NCBI GenBank assembly: GCA_937930165.1
Contig: CALGVL010000315.1
Span: 1-41,560, forward strand
Direction of reading: 5' to 3'
Source: an uncultured Acetobacteraceae bacterium
GTDB taxonomy: Bacteria > Pseudomonadota > Alphaproteobacteria > Acetobacterales > Acetobacteraceae
Length of the DNA: 41,560 bases
Shown here: piece after piece, positions 18,566 through 27,390 of the stretch
Layout of the letters: each line of letters starts with the position of its first letter
Numbering within the stretch: position 1 is the first letter of the stretch
The notes under the pieces: model-generated
Told to the model about the DNA's origin: nothing
Databases searched by the model: none
Seen by the model: the letters and a program-made list of their open reading frames with translations, nothing else
Made by a program: the position numbers and the translations under genes

Positions 18566-19771
18566 TCAGATCTGGGCGCCTTCGATGACGTTGCCGAAGC
18601 GCTCCCAGGTGCTGCCGGTCCATCTCTGCAGTTGCATCTGCCGGATCGGGTGGTAGTTGGTCGGGCTGGTGTTCACCCTGATCCCCGGCAGCAGCGTCGG
18701 GATCTCCACATTCCGCAGGTTGGTCACCTGCTTCATGAAATTCTCCCGCGAGAAGTCGTTGCCGCACTGGCGCAGAACCTGCATCAGCGTCTTGCTGACA
18801 CCATAGCCATAGACATATTCCCCGACTGTCTGATCGGCATCCGGCATGTGCTTGTTCATGAAGTTGCGCCATTCCGTCATCCCGGGATCGTCCTTCCAGG
18901 TCGGATCGGTCGCGTCCTTCTGATAGGCGGAGGTGATGACCCCCACGCCCTTCTCCGGCCCTGCCGGCTGCATCACCGCGCCGACGGAGATCGAGACATT
19001 GGTCATGAAGAACATCGGCCGCCAGCCGATGTCGTAGACCTTGCGGATGGTCTGCGCCGCGAATTTCGGCGTCGCGCCGACGAGGAGCACATCGGCCCCG
19101 GTCGCCTGCAGGCTCACCACCTGCGAGTCGATGGTGGCATCCGTAACCTCGTAGGACGCCGTTTTGACCATCTGGTCGAAGCGGTCGCCGAGGATGTCGC
19201 GCACGCCCAGGACGTAGTCCTTGCCGAAATCGTCGTTCTGGTAGAGCAGCGCCAGTTTCGCATCCGGCTTCTGCTCCAGCATGTATTTCGTGTAGATCTG
19301 CGCCTCGGTGCGATAGCTGGGCTGCCAGCCGATGGTCCAGGGATGCTCCTTGTAGTCGCCCCATTTGTCGGCGCCGGTTGCCAGGAACACATGCGGCACC
19401 TTGCGCTGGTTCACATAGCGCAGGATGGCGGAATTGGTCGGCGTGCCGAGGGTGTTGAACAGATAGGCGACCCGGTCCTGCTCGATCAGCCGGCGCGCCT
19501 GCTCCACCGTCTTGGGCGGGCTGTAGCCGTCGTCATAGGTGATGTAGTTGATCTTGCGCCCGGCAATGCCGCCCTGCTCGTTTGCCACGCGGAAGAAGAC
19601 CTGCTGCAGCTTGCCGATGGCGCCATAGGCCGAGGCCGGGCCGCTATAGGGCATGATGTTGCCGATTTTGATCTCGGTGGCGGTCACGCCGGGCGTGTCG
19701 GCCGCATGCAGGATGCGCGGCGCGGCGAGCGTGGCCGCCGAGGCGGCGAGGAAGCTGCGTCGGTTCAGCAT
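18566..19771 (-). CDS. ABC transporter substrate-binding protein (LivJ/K-like, HAAT family), Tat-type signal
   Basis: MLNRRSFLAASAATLAAPRILHA signal, then the periplasmic binding protein type I pattern (IKIGNIMPYSGPASAYG...). Confidence 0.85.
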   Translation of the reverse strand: MLNRRSFLAASAATLAAPRILHAADTPGVTATEIKIGNIMPYSGPASAYGAIGKLQQVFFRVANEQGGIAGRKINYITYDDGYSPPKTVEQARRLIEQDRVAYLFNTLGTPTNSAILRYVNQRKVPHVFLATGADKWGDYKEHPWTIGWQPSYRTEAQIYTKYMLEQKPDAKLALLYQNDDFGKDYVLGVRDILGDRFDQMVKTASYEVTDATIDSQVVSLQATGADVLLVGATPKFAAQTIRKVYDIGWRPMFFMTNVSISVGAVMQPAGPEKGVGVITSAYQKDATDPTWKDDPGMTEWRNFMNKHMPDADQTVGEYVYGYGVSKTLMQVLRQCGNDFSRENFMKQVTNLRNVEIPTLLPGIRVNTSPTNYHPIRQMQLQRWTGSTWERFGNVIEGAQI

Positions 19772-19777
19772 GGACTT

Positions 19778-20818
19778 TCACCTCCCATTGCTTGACATGG
19801 CCTGTGCACTGCGGCGCCGCCGCAGCAGCGGGACGACAAGTCGGCGCAGGAAACCCGCGAAGCCGGTCGGCAGCAGGAACAGGAAGGCGATCAGGATGAT
19901 GCCGTAGATGACGCCCGGCGCCGCCTTGGAGATGTCCTCCGCCAAGTTCGGGACGAAGACGACGAAGAGGCCGCCGAAGACTGTGCCAAGGATGGAGGCG
20001 ACGCCACCCACCACCATGCCGACGAAAAGGGTGATGGAGAGAATGACGGAGAAGCTGTCCGGCGAGACGAACTCCACCGCGATGGCGCTGAGCGCGCCGG
20101 CGATGCCGGTTATCATCGCGCTGACGGCGAAGGTGCGGGTCTTGAGTTGCGCCAGGTTCATGCCCATCGCCTCCGCTGCGACGGGCTGGTCGCGGATGGC
20201 GAGCAGGGCGCGGCCGATGCGGCTGCGCAGCAGGTTCCAGGACAGGATGAAGAGCGTCGCGGCGACCAGCACCGTGAAGATGTACATCCACTGGTCATTG
20301 CTCAGCGGCAGGCCGAAGGGCGGGTCCGGCTTGAAGATGAAGAGGCCCTGGACGCCGCCGGTCCAATCCTCGAACGCCTTGTATTTCAGGATCTGCGGCA
20401 CCGCGACGGCCAGGGAGAAGGTCGTGAGCGCGAGGTAGAGGCTGCCGAGCCGCAGTGCCGGGAAGCCGATGCCATAGCCCAGCGCCGCGCAGACCAGGGC
20501 GGCGACGGGCAGCGTCGCCCAGTAGGGGACCTCGAAATGCGCCATCAGGATGGCGGCGGTATAGGCGCCCACTGCATAGAAGGCCCCATGCCCCAGCGAG
20601 ATCTGGCCGTTATAGCCGGTGACGATATTGAGGCCGAGGATCGCCAGCGCATAGATCACCGCCAGGGTCAGCTGGAACAGGCGGTAGCCCTCCACCAGGA
20701 AGGCCGGCGCCAGCGCCAGAAGCAGCAGCACCAGGATGACGAGCGGCGCCCAGGAGTGGCCCGCTACCTGCTCCGCCCCCCTTGCCGCCGCGACCGGCAG
20801 GCCCTTGCTCGCGCTCAT
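19778..20818 (-). CDS. branched-chain amino acid-type ABC transporter permease (LivM-like)
   Basis: 346-aa polytopic protein. GQISLGHGAFYAVGAYTAA motif typical of LivM. Confidence 0.85.
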   Translation of the reverse strand: MSASKGLPVAAARGAEQVAGHSWAPLVILVLLLLALAPAFLVEGYRLFQLTLAVIYALAILGLNIVTGYNGQISLGHGAFYAVGAYTAAILMAHFEVPYWATLPVAALVCAALGYGIGFPALRLGSLYLALTTFSLAVAVPQILKYKAFEDWTGGVQGLFIFKPDPPFGLPLSNDQWMYIFTVLVAATLFILSWNLLRSRIGRALLAIRDQPVAAEAMGMNLAQLKTRTFAVSAMITGIAGALSAIAVEFVSPDSFSVILSITLFVGMVVGGVASILGTVFGGLFVVFVPNLAEDISKAAPGVIYGIILIAFLFLLPTGFAGFLRRLVVPLLRRRRSAQAMSSNGR

Positions 20819-20822
20819 TGTC

Positions 20823-21695
20823 CTAGACCCGGCTCACAAGGACGCGGCCGAACAGGCCGTTGGGCCTGATCAGCAGCACGCCGATGATGATGATCAGCGC
20901 CAGGGTCAGCTTCAGCTCCGTGCCGACCAGATAGGCGCCGCCAAGATTCTCGATGATGCCGACCGCGAAGCCGCCCAGCACCGCGCCGCCCGGGTTGTCG
21001 ATGCCGCCCAGCAATGCGCCGGCGAAGGCATAGAGCAGGATGCCGAGCATCATGTTCGGCTCCAGGAACACCACCGGTGCGATCATCATGCCGGCGACCG
21101 CGCCGATGGCAGCGGCCAGGCCCCAGCCCACCGCCAGCATCCAGCCGACGCGGATTCCGACCAGCCGGCTGGAGACCGGGTTGTAAGCCGCGGCCCGCAT
21201 CGCCAGGCCGAGGCTGGTATGGCGGAAGAACAGATAAATGAGAATCAGCATGCTGAGCGTCACGGCCGTGGATCCCAGCTCATGGCCGGAGATCAGCCCC
21301 CCCAGCATCGGCCCGCCGGCATCGAAGGGCGTCGGGAAGGACTTCACCGTGTAGTCGAAGAGCCAGCCGCAGAGATCGCTGATCGCCAGCAGCAGCCCGA
21401 TGAAGATCCCGACATGCGTGAGTACCGGTGCGTTGTGCATCGGCCGCAGCAGGATGCGCTCGATCAGCACGCCGATGATGAAGGAGAGCGCGACGGTGGC
21501 GAAGAAGGCCGCCCAGTAGGGCACCTCCGCCTGGATCAGCATGTAGGCGATGTAGGTGGAGAAGGTCGCCATCGCTCCCTGCGCGAAATTGATGTGATGC
21601 GTCGCCTGGTAGATCACGACCAGGGCGAGGGCGACTGAGGCATAGATGCCCCCCGTGGCGATGCCGGCGATGAGCTGGTGCGCAAGCCCGTCCAT
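20823..21695 (-). CDS. branched-chain amino acid-type ABC transporter permease (LivH-like)
   Basis: 290 aa. MDGLAHQLIAGIATGGIYASVALALVVIY...INFAQG: LivH N-terminal signature. Confidence 0.85.
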   Translation of the reverse strand: MDGLAHQLIAGIATGGIYASVALALVVIYQATHHINFAQGAMATFSTYIAYMLIQAEVPYWAAFFATVALSFIIGVLIERILLRPMHNAPVLTHVGIFIGLLLAISDLCGWLFDYTVKSFPTPFDAGGPMLGGLISGHELGSTAVTLSMLILIYLFFRHTSLGLAMRAAAYNPVSSRLVGIRVGWMLAVGWGLAAAIGAVAGMMIAPVVFLEPNMMLGILLYAFAGALLGGIDNPGGAVLGGFAVGIIENLGGAYLVGTELKLTLALIIIIGVLLIRPNGLFGRVLVSRV

Positions 21696-21704
21696 GGGAT
21701 CCCC

Positions 21705-22415
21705 TCAGTAGCCGAGATAGGAGCGCCGGATCGCCTCGTCCTGCCGGATCTCCGCGGCAGGGCCGGCGATGACGATGCGGCCGGTTTCCAGCAGATAGGC
21801 GCGGTCGGCGAGTTCCAGGGCCAGATTGGCGTTCTGCTCCACCAACAGGATGCTGACGCCCTGCTCCTCCCGGATCCGCTGCATGATGCCGAAGATCTCC
21901 TGCACGACCAGCGGCGCCAGGCCGAAGGAGGGTTCATCCAGCAGCAGCAAGCGCGGCCGCAGCAGCAGCGCGCGGGCGATGGCCAGCATCTGCTGCTCCC
22001 CGCCCGATAGGGTTCCCGCCTGCTGCCGGTAGCGCTGCTTCAGGCGGGGGAAGTAGGCGAACATGCGCTCGAAATCCGCCACCACCTCCGGGTCGCGGCG
22101 GATATAGGCGCCGAGGCGGAAATTCTCCTCGACCGTCATCTCCATGAAGGTGCCGCGGCCGTCCGGCACATGGGCGATGCCGCGGCGGACGATGTCCTCC
22201 GTCGCCCTGCCGTCGATCCGTTCGGCCCCGAAGCGGATCTCGCCGCCGGTGCGGATCATGCCGCAGATGGCACGCAAAGTCGTCGTCTTGCCCGCGCCAT
22301 TGGCGCCGAGCAGGGTGGTGATGCCGCCCTCCTCCACCACGAAGTCCAGCCCGTGCAGCACCGCGGTCTGGCCATAGCCGGCGGTCAGGCCCTTCGCCTC
22401 AAGCAGCGCGGTCAT
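21705..22415 (-). CDS. ABC transporter ATP-binding protein (LivF-like)
   Basis: Walker A GANGAGKTT, signature LSGGEQQ, Walker B LLLLDEP. 236 aa. Confidence 0.88.
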   Translation of the reverse strand: MTALLEAKGLTAGYGQTAVLHGLDFVVEEGGITTLLGANGAGKTTTLRAICGMIRTGGEIRFGAERIDGRATEDIVRRGIAHVPDGRGTFMEMTVEENFRLGAYIRRDPEVVADFERMFAYFPRLKQRYRQQAGTLSGGEQQMLAIARALLLRPRLLLLDEPSFGLAPLVVQEIFGIMQRIREEQGVSILLVEQNANLALELADRAYLLETGRIVIAGPAAEIRQDEAIRRSYLGY

Positions 22416-23181
22416 GTGCCTCCTCGCCCAGATAGGCGCGGATCACTTCCGGCTCGTTCCGGACCTCCTCCGGCGTGCCGTCGGCGATCTTCCTGCCGAA
22501 GTCCAGCGCCACCACCTTGTCGGAGACGCGCATGACCAGGTTCATGTGATGCTCGACCAGCAGGATGCTGAGCGCGAATTGGCGGCGTATGTCCTGCAGC
22601 AGGGTGGCGAGGCCATCCACCTCCCCATGGTTCAGCCCGCCCGCCGGCTCGTCCAGCAGCAGCAGCTTCGGGCCGCTGATCAGTGCCCGCGCCAGCTCCA
22701 CCCGCTTCTGCGTGCCGAAGGGCAGGGAGGCGACCGGGACCTCCGCCACCGCCTCCAGATCCAGCAGGGCGAGCAGGTGCCGCAGCCGCTCCTCCGCCGC
22801 CGCCTCCTCATGCCGCGCCCGGGACAGGCGCAGCGCGCTGGCGAGGAAGCCGGCATGGCCGAGGCAATGCGCCCCTGCCAGGACGTTGTCGCGGACGGAG
22901 AGGGTGCGGAACAGCGCCAGGTTCTGGAAGGTGCGGCCGATGCCGCGGGCCATCATGCCGTGGCGCGGCGCGCCGGTGATGTCCTCCCCCTCGAAGCTGA
23001 TCCGGCCCTCGGTGGGGCGGTAGATGCCGCTGATGCAGTTGAACAGCGTGGTCTTGCCGGCGCCGTTCGGGCCGATCAGGCCGCAGATCTGGTGCTGGTC
23101 CACCACGAAGGACACGCCCGCTACCGCCGTCACGCCGCCGAAGCGGACGACGATGTCGCTGACCCGGAGCAGCTCTGCCAC
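22399..23181 (-). CDS. ABC transporter ATP-binding protein (LivG-like)
   Basis: GTG start at 23181. Walker A GPNGAGKTT, Walker B LLLLDEPAGG, C-terminal LivG-type extension. 17-nt overlap with the next ATPase gene. Confidence 0.85.
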   Translation of the reverse strand: MAELLRVSDIVVRFGGVTAVAGVSFVVDQHQICGLIGPNGAGKTTLFNCISGIYRPTEGRISFEGEDITGAPRHGMMARGIGRTFQNLALFRTLSVRDNVLAGAHCLGHAGFLASALRLSRARHEEAAAEERLRHLLALLDLEAVAEVPVASLPFGTQKRVELARALISGPKLLLLDEPAGGLNHGEVDGLATLLQDIRRQFALSILLVEHHMNLVMRVSDKVVALDFGRKIADGTPEEVRNEPEVIRAYLGEEAHDRAA

Positions 23182-23582
23182 GGCTGCCGCTACAGATCCG
23201 GTCGCGCGACGGATGGTTCACCTGATGGGCCGCCATGCCTTGCGGGCACGGCCCTGCCCGCGTTCCGCGGCACCGTGATTCCCATGCGTCCTCCCTTGGC
23301 TGCCAGCCGCGCCTGGGCGCGGTGCCGGCATCGCTTCTTGTCTTCCCGTCAGACTACAGCAACCGGCGGCCCATCGGCGCTGCAAGTCAATTCAGGTGCC
23401 GGTGAGGTGGATTCGCCGGGCGGCAGCGGCGAGGCGCCGTCGCGCCCGCCGGAACTGTCCGCCTCCATTCCTTCCTGGCTGGCGGGGCGCTCACGAAGCT
23501 GCGGCCTTTCCCGGCGCCGGCACCGGCGTGACAGCGGGCCGGTATCGGGGCAGGATATTGCAGGATCGGGAGCAGCAGGCGC

Positions 23583-24068
23583 ATGGCCGTGGACCCTACC
23601 TGGCTCGGCGTGGTCACTCATCTGCACATCACCGCGCGCGCATTCCTGCCGATGCGCAGCATGGCGGCGATCGAGCTTGTCGCCGGGAAGGGAATCGTCG
23701 GCGACCGCTACATGCTCGGCATTGAGCAGGGCTTCTATTCCGAGAAGCCGGAGCCCGGCCGCCAGATTACGCTCTTCGAGGAGGAGGCGCTGGACTGCAT
23801 CCGGCGCGACTACGGCATCGAGATGACGCCGAAGGAGCACCGGCGCAACGTGACCACGCGCGGCGTGCCGCTGAACCATCTGGTCGGGCGGCAATTCCGG
23901 CTCGGCGAATGTCTGCTGGAGGCGACGCGGCTTTCCGTCCCCTGCCGGCATATCGAGGCGATCCTGGAGAAGCCGGTCTTCGACCCGATGATCCATCGCT
24001 CCGGCCTGAACTGCCGGATCCTGCGTGGCGGAACGGTGCAGGTGGGGGACCCCATCCGGCCGGCCTGA
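23583..24068 (+). CDS. MOSC domain-containing protein
   Basis: 161 aa. ...VAGKGIVGDRY...RQITLFEEE...RRNVTTRGVPLNHLVGRQFRLGECLLEATRLSVPC: MOSC beta-barrel with conserved Cys. Confidence 0.8.
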   Translation: MAVDPTWLGVVTHLHITARAFLPMRSMAAIELVAGKGIVGDRYMLGIEQGFYSEKPEPGRQITLFEEEALDCIRRDYGIEMTPKEHRRNVTTRGVPLNHLVGRQFRLGECLLEATRLSVPCRHIEAILEKPVFDPMIHRSGLNCRILRGGTVQVGDPIRPA

Positions 24069-24072
24069 GCGC

Positions 24073-24949
24073 ATGCGGCACATCCATACCGTTATCCGCG
24101 CGGCCGATGCGGCGGGGGCGGGAATCCGCCGTCTGGTCCTGATGGACCCGGATGGCTGGCCGCTGCCGAAATTCCGTCCGGGCGCGCATGTGGACCTGCA
24201 CCTGCCGGGTGACCTGGTGCGCAGCTATTCGCTCTGCGGCGATCCGGCACAGCAGGACCGTTACACGATCGCGGTGAAGCGGGAGGCGGCGGGCCGCGGC
24301 GGCTCCGCCTTCCTGCACGACCAGGCGGCGCCCGGCGATGCGATCGGCGTCTCCCTGCCGCGTGACGCCCTTCCTTTCCATGATGGCGGCGCTGGAGCGC
24401 AGTGGTGGCCGCTACCGGCTGCACCTGCTGCACCGCGGCGCGGTGCCTCTGCCCGACATGCTGGCGGCCCATTCGGCAAGTGGCCGCGTCATCCTGCATG
24501 ATACGGCGGCCGCGCCGCGGCCCGAGCTTGCCGCGCTGCTCGGCTCGCCCGCCCCCGGCCGCCATGCCTATTGCTGCGGCCCCGTCGGCATGATCGCGGC
24601 TTTCGAGGCGGCGACGGCCGGCTGGCCGGCGGGCACCGCGCATGTCGAGCATTTCGTGCCGCCGCCCCTGCCGCCGGATCCCTCGGCGCAGCCCTTCACG
24701 CTGGTCCTGGCGAAATCGGGCCGGGAGGTTGCGCTGCCCGCTGGCGCCAACCTGCTGGCGGTGCTGCGCGGACTCGGCATCGAGGTCGAGTCGAGCTGCG
24801 AGGGCGGCATCTGCGGCGCCTGCCGCGTCCGCTGGCTGGAAGGCCCGCCGCTGCACCGCGACCGCGTGCTTCAGCCACAGGAACGGGAGAGGGAAGTGAT
24901 GGTCTGTGTCGCCGGCTGCGCCGGCCCGCGCCTGGTGCTCGACCTGTGA
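24073..24949 (+). pseudogene. PDR/VanB-family oxidoreductase (flavin-binding + NAD-binding + 2Fe-2S), disrupted by an out-of-frame internal deletion
   Basis: Frame A (24073..24501) gives the flavin-binding part (RSYSLCGDP..RYTIAVKRE..GRGGS..GVSLPR), then nonsense and a TGA. Frame B (24338..24949) continues as VTPFLSMMAAL...YCCGP...CEGGICGACR...VLDL. The expected GGIG segment between the two parts is absent. Confidence 0.7.
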
Positions 24950-25401
24950 AGGAAGGGCTTGACCCGGAAGCCGCCGCGCGCTGCGCCGAGAGCTTCGGCC
25001 GCCAGGCCTTCCTGCACACCATTGGCGCCGAATTGGAGAGCCTGGCCCCCGGCCGCTGCACCCTGCGCCTGCCCTTTCGGCCCGATCTGACCCAGCAGCA
25101 CGGCTTCTTCCATGCCGGGGCGCTGACCACGCTGGCGGATACCGCCGCGGGCTATGCCGCCTTCTCGCTGATGCCGGCCGGGGCCTCCGTGCTTACTGCC
25201 GAGTTCAAGGTGAACCTGCTGCGCCCTGGCCGCGGCACGGCGGCGATCGCGCGGGCGGAGGTGCTGAAGCCCGGCCGCACCCTGAGCGTGGTGCGGGCGG
25301 ATGTGTTCTGTCGCCAGCACGACGGCGAGGAGGAACTCACCGCCACCATGCTGGCGACCATGATGTGCCTGCAAGGGCGGCCGGGTCTGCCGCCCGGCTG
25401 A
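24946..25401 (+). CDS. PaaI-family (hotdog-fold) thioesterase
   Basis: Tail of track ORF 24571..25401. GTG 24946 overlaps the reductase stop (GTGA). ...GFFHAGALTTLADTAAGYAA...EFKVNLLRPG: typical PaaI core. Confidence 0.7.
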   Translation: MKEGLDPEAAARCAESFGRQAFLHTIGAELESLAPGRCTLRLPFRPDLTQQHGFFHAGALTTLADTAAGYAAFSLMPAGASVLTAEFKVNLLRPGRGTAAIARAEVLKPGRTLSVVRADVFCRQHDGEEELTATMLATMMCLQGRPGLPPG

Positions 25402-25402
25402 G

Positions 25403-26641
25403 CTACTTCCGCCGCGCCTCCACCAGCACGCCGCTCTCGCGCAGCGCCTTGATCTCCTCGGCGCTGAAGCCGTGCTTCGCCAGCACCTCCTCGCCATGCT
25501 GGTTGAAGCGTGGCGGGGCGGCGCGGGTGCCGCCGGGGGTGCGGGAGAGCTTGATCGGCGTGCCGAGACCCCGGTAGCTGCCGAGCTCCGTCACCATCTC
25601 CCGATGGGCGGTGTGCGGGGCGGCCATGGCCTCGTCCACATGCTGCACCGGGCCGGCGGGCAGGCCGGCCTGCAGCATACGGCGGGTGAGCTCATGCCCA
25701 TCCTCCTCGGCGAAGCGCTGCTCCAGGATCTCGGTCAGCGCCTCCCGGTTGGTCACGCGCGCGCCGTTGGTGGCGAAGCGCTCATCCTTCGCCACCTCGG
25801 GCATGCCGAGGAATTCGCAGAATTTGCGGAAGGCCGGGTCGTTGCCCGCGGCGACGAAGATCTCGCAGGTCTTGGTGCGGAACTTGGAATAGGGCGCCAG
25901 GTTCGGATGCGGGTTGCCCGTGGCCTTCGGCCGCTTGCCGCTCAGGAAGTAGTTGGCGGCGTGCGGGTGCAGCAGCGCCATGCCGCAGTCATGCAGCGTC
26001 ATGTCGCAATACTGGCCGCGGCCGCTGCGCTCCCGCTCATGCAGCGCCATCAGGATGGCGATGGTGCTGAACAGGCCGGTGGCGATGTCCACGATCGGGT
26101 TGCCGAGGCGCGTCGGGCCGGAGGTCTCCGTGCCATTGATGGACATCAGCCCGGTCATGGCCTGCAGCACGGCGTCATAGCCGGGGAAGCCGCCATTCGG
26201 CCCGTCGCCGCCGAAGCCGGAGACGCGGCAATGGATCAGGCGGGGGAAGCGCTTGGACAGCACCTCCTCATAGCCCAGGCCCCATTTCTCCATGCTGCCG
26301 GGCTTGAAATTCTCCACCAGCACATCGGCGTCTTCCAACAGGCGCAGCAGCACCTCGCGCCCTGCCGGCTTGGACAGGTCCAGACCGACCGAGCGCTTGT
26401 TGCGGTTGACGCCGAGGAAGTAGCTGGCATCGCCCGCCTCGTCGAAGGGCGGGCCCCAGTCCCGCACCTCGTCGCCCTGGGGCGGTTCCAGCTTGATGAC
26501 CTCGGCGCCGTGGTCGGAGAGGACCATGGTGCAATAGGGTCCGCCCAGCACCCGCGTCAGGTCGATCACCTTGAGGCCGGCGAGCGCCCCGGCGGATTTC
26601 GCCAGGCCCTTGCCCTCGGCGGCGGGAACGGCGTCAGTCAT
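25403..26641 (-). CDS. family III CoA-transferase (CaiB/BaiF/Frc family)
   Basis: Track ORF 25403..26881 trimmed to ATG 26641. LAGLKVIDLTRVLGGPYCTMVLSDHGAEVIKLEPP...: canonical family III N-terminus. 412 aa. Confidence 0.88.
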   Translation of the reverse strand: MTDAVPAAEGKGLAKSAGALAGLKVIDLTRVLGGPYCTMVLSDHGAEVIKLEPPQGDEVRDWGPPFDEAGDASYFLGVNRNKRSVGLDLSKPAGREVLLRLLEDADVLVENFKPGSMEKWGLGYEEVLSKRFPRLIHCRVSGFGGDGPNGGFPGYDAVLQAMTGLMSINGTETSGPTRLGNPIVDIATGLFSTIAILMALHERERSGRGQYCDMTLHDCGMALLHPHAANYFLSGKRPKATGNPHPNLAPYSKFRTKTCEIFVAAGNDPAFRKFCEFLGMPEVAKDERFATNGARVTNREALTEILEQRFAEEDGHELTRRMLQAGLPAGPVQHVDEAMAAPHTAHREMVTELGSYRGLGTPIKLSRTPGGTRAAPPRFNQHGEEVLAKHGFSAEEIKALRESGVLVEARRK

Positions 26642-27390
26642 GCAGCAGCCTTTCTGTTGAAAACGCGCGCGCAGAATTCGGGGTAGGTTTCCAGCATCTC
26701 GTCGCAGACCGGCCCCCGCAGCAGCGCCAGTTCCTGCTCCGTAGCATCCGGCGTGGTGGGGATGTTTCCTTCCACATCGAAATCGAAGCCGGTGGCGGCG
26801 CGGATGCTCTCCACCGTCTCGCCGGGATGCAGGCTTTCCAGGCTGAACCGGGCGCGGTCCGGATGGAAGCGGAAGACGCATTTGCCGGTGACCAGCGCCT
26901 GCGCATGGCCGCGGCGGAACACGCCGGGCGGCGAGACACCGGGGGCGGAGATGTTGTCCACCTTCGGCACGAAGACGCGTGGCGAATGTTCCTCGCGGAA
27001 CAGGATCACCCGCGGCACCATCATGTACATGAAGGCGCTGCCGAAGCTGCCGGGGAAGCGCACGCCCATTCCCGGCCAGTCACCGGTGCCGACCAGGTTC
27101 AGGTTGGCCTGGCCGTCGATCTGCCCGCCGCCCAGGAAGAACAGGTCGATCCGTCCCTGGCCGGTCAGGTCGAACAGTTCCCGCGTGCCCTCGGTGAAGG
27201 GATTGCCGGTCCGCCGCGACAGCAGCGAGAGGCGGATCGGATAACCCAGCTTCTGCACCAGGAAACAGGCCGCCGCCGGGATGGGAGAGGCGGCGCCGAC
27301 CGCGACATGCCGTGCCGGCGGCGCCTTGGGGTCCAGGATCAGCCGGGCGATGGCGACAGCCAGCCGCTCCTCGGGCTTCATCATGCTCAT
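26638..27390 (-). CDS. class I CoA-transferase subunit B (glutaconate/3-oxoacid CoA-transferase-like)
   Basis: ATG 27390 overlaps the stop of subunit A (ATGA). Its stop overlaps the CaiB-like start (ATGA at 26638-26641). GGGQIDGQANLN motif region. Confidence 0.7.
   Translation of the reverse strand: MSMMKPEERLAVAIARLILDPKAPPARHVAVGAASPIPAAACFLVQKLGYPIRLSLLSRRTGNPFTEGTRELFDLTGQGRIDLFFLGGGQIDGQANLNLVGTGDWPGMGVRFPGSFGSAFMYMMVPRVILFREEHSPRVFVPKVDNISAPGVSPPGVFRRGHAQALVTGKCVFRFHPDRARFSLESLHPGETVESIRAATGFDFDVEGNIPTTPDATEQELALLRGPVCDEMLETYPEFCARVFNRKAAA

Noticed and set aside
24338-24949. Treating ORF 24338..24949 as an independent ferredoxin/reductase gene.
   Set aside because: Its first residues are out-of-frame read-through of the upstream flavin-binding ORF, and it begins mid-domain (VTPFLSM is the tail of the GGIGxTP motif). 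A split pseudogene is the simpler reading, although an internal Met at about 24380 could still give a truncated product.
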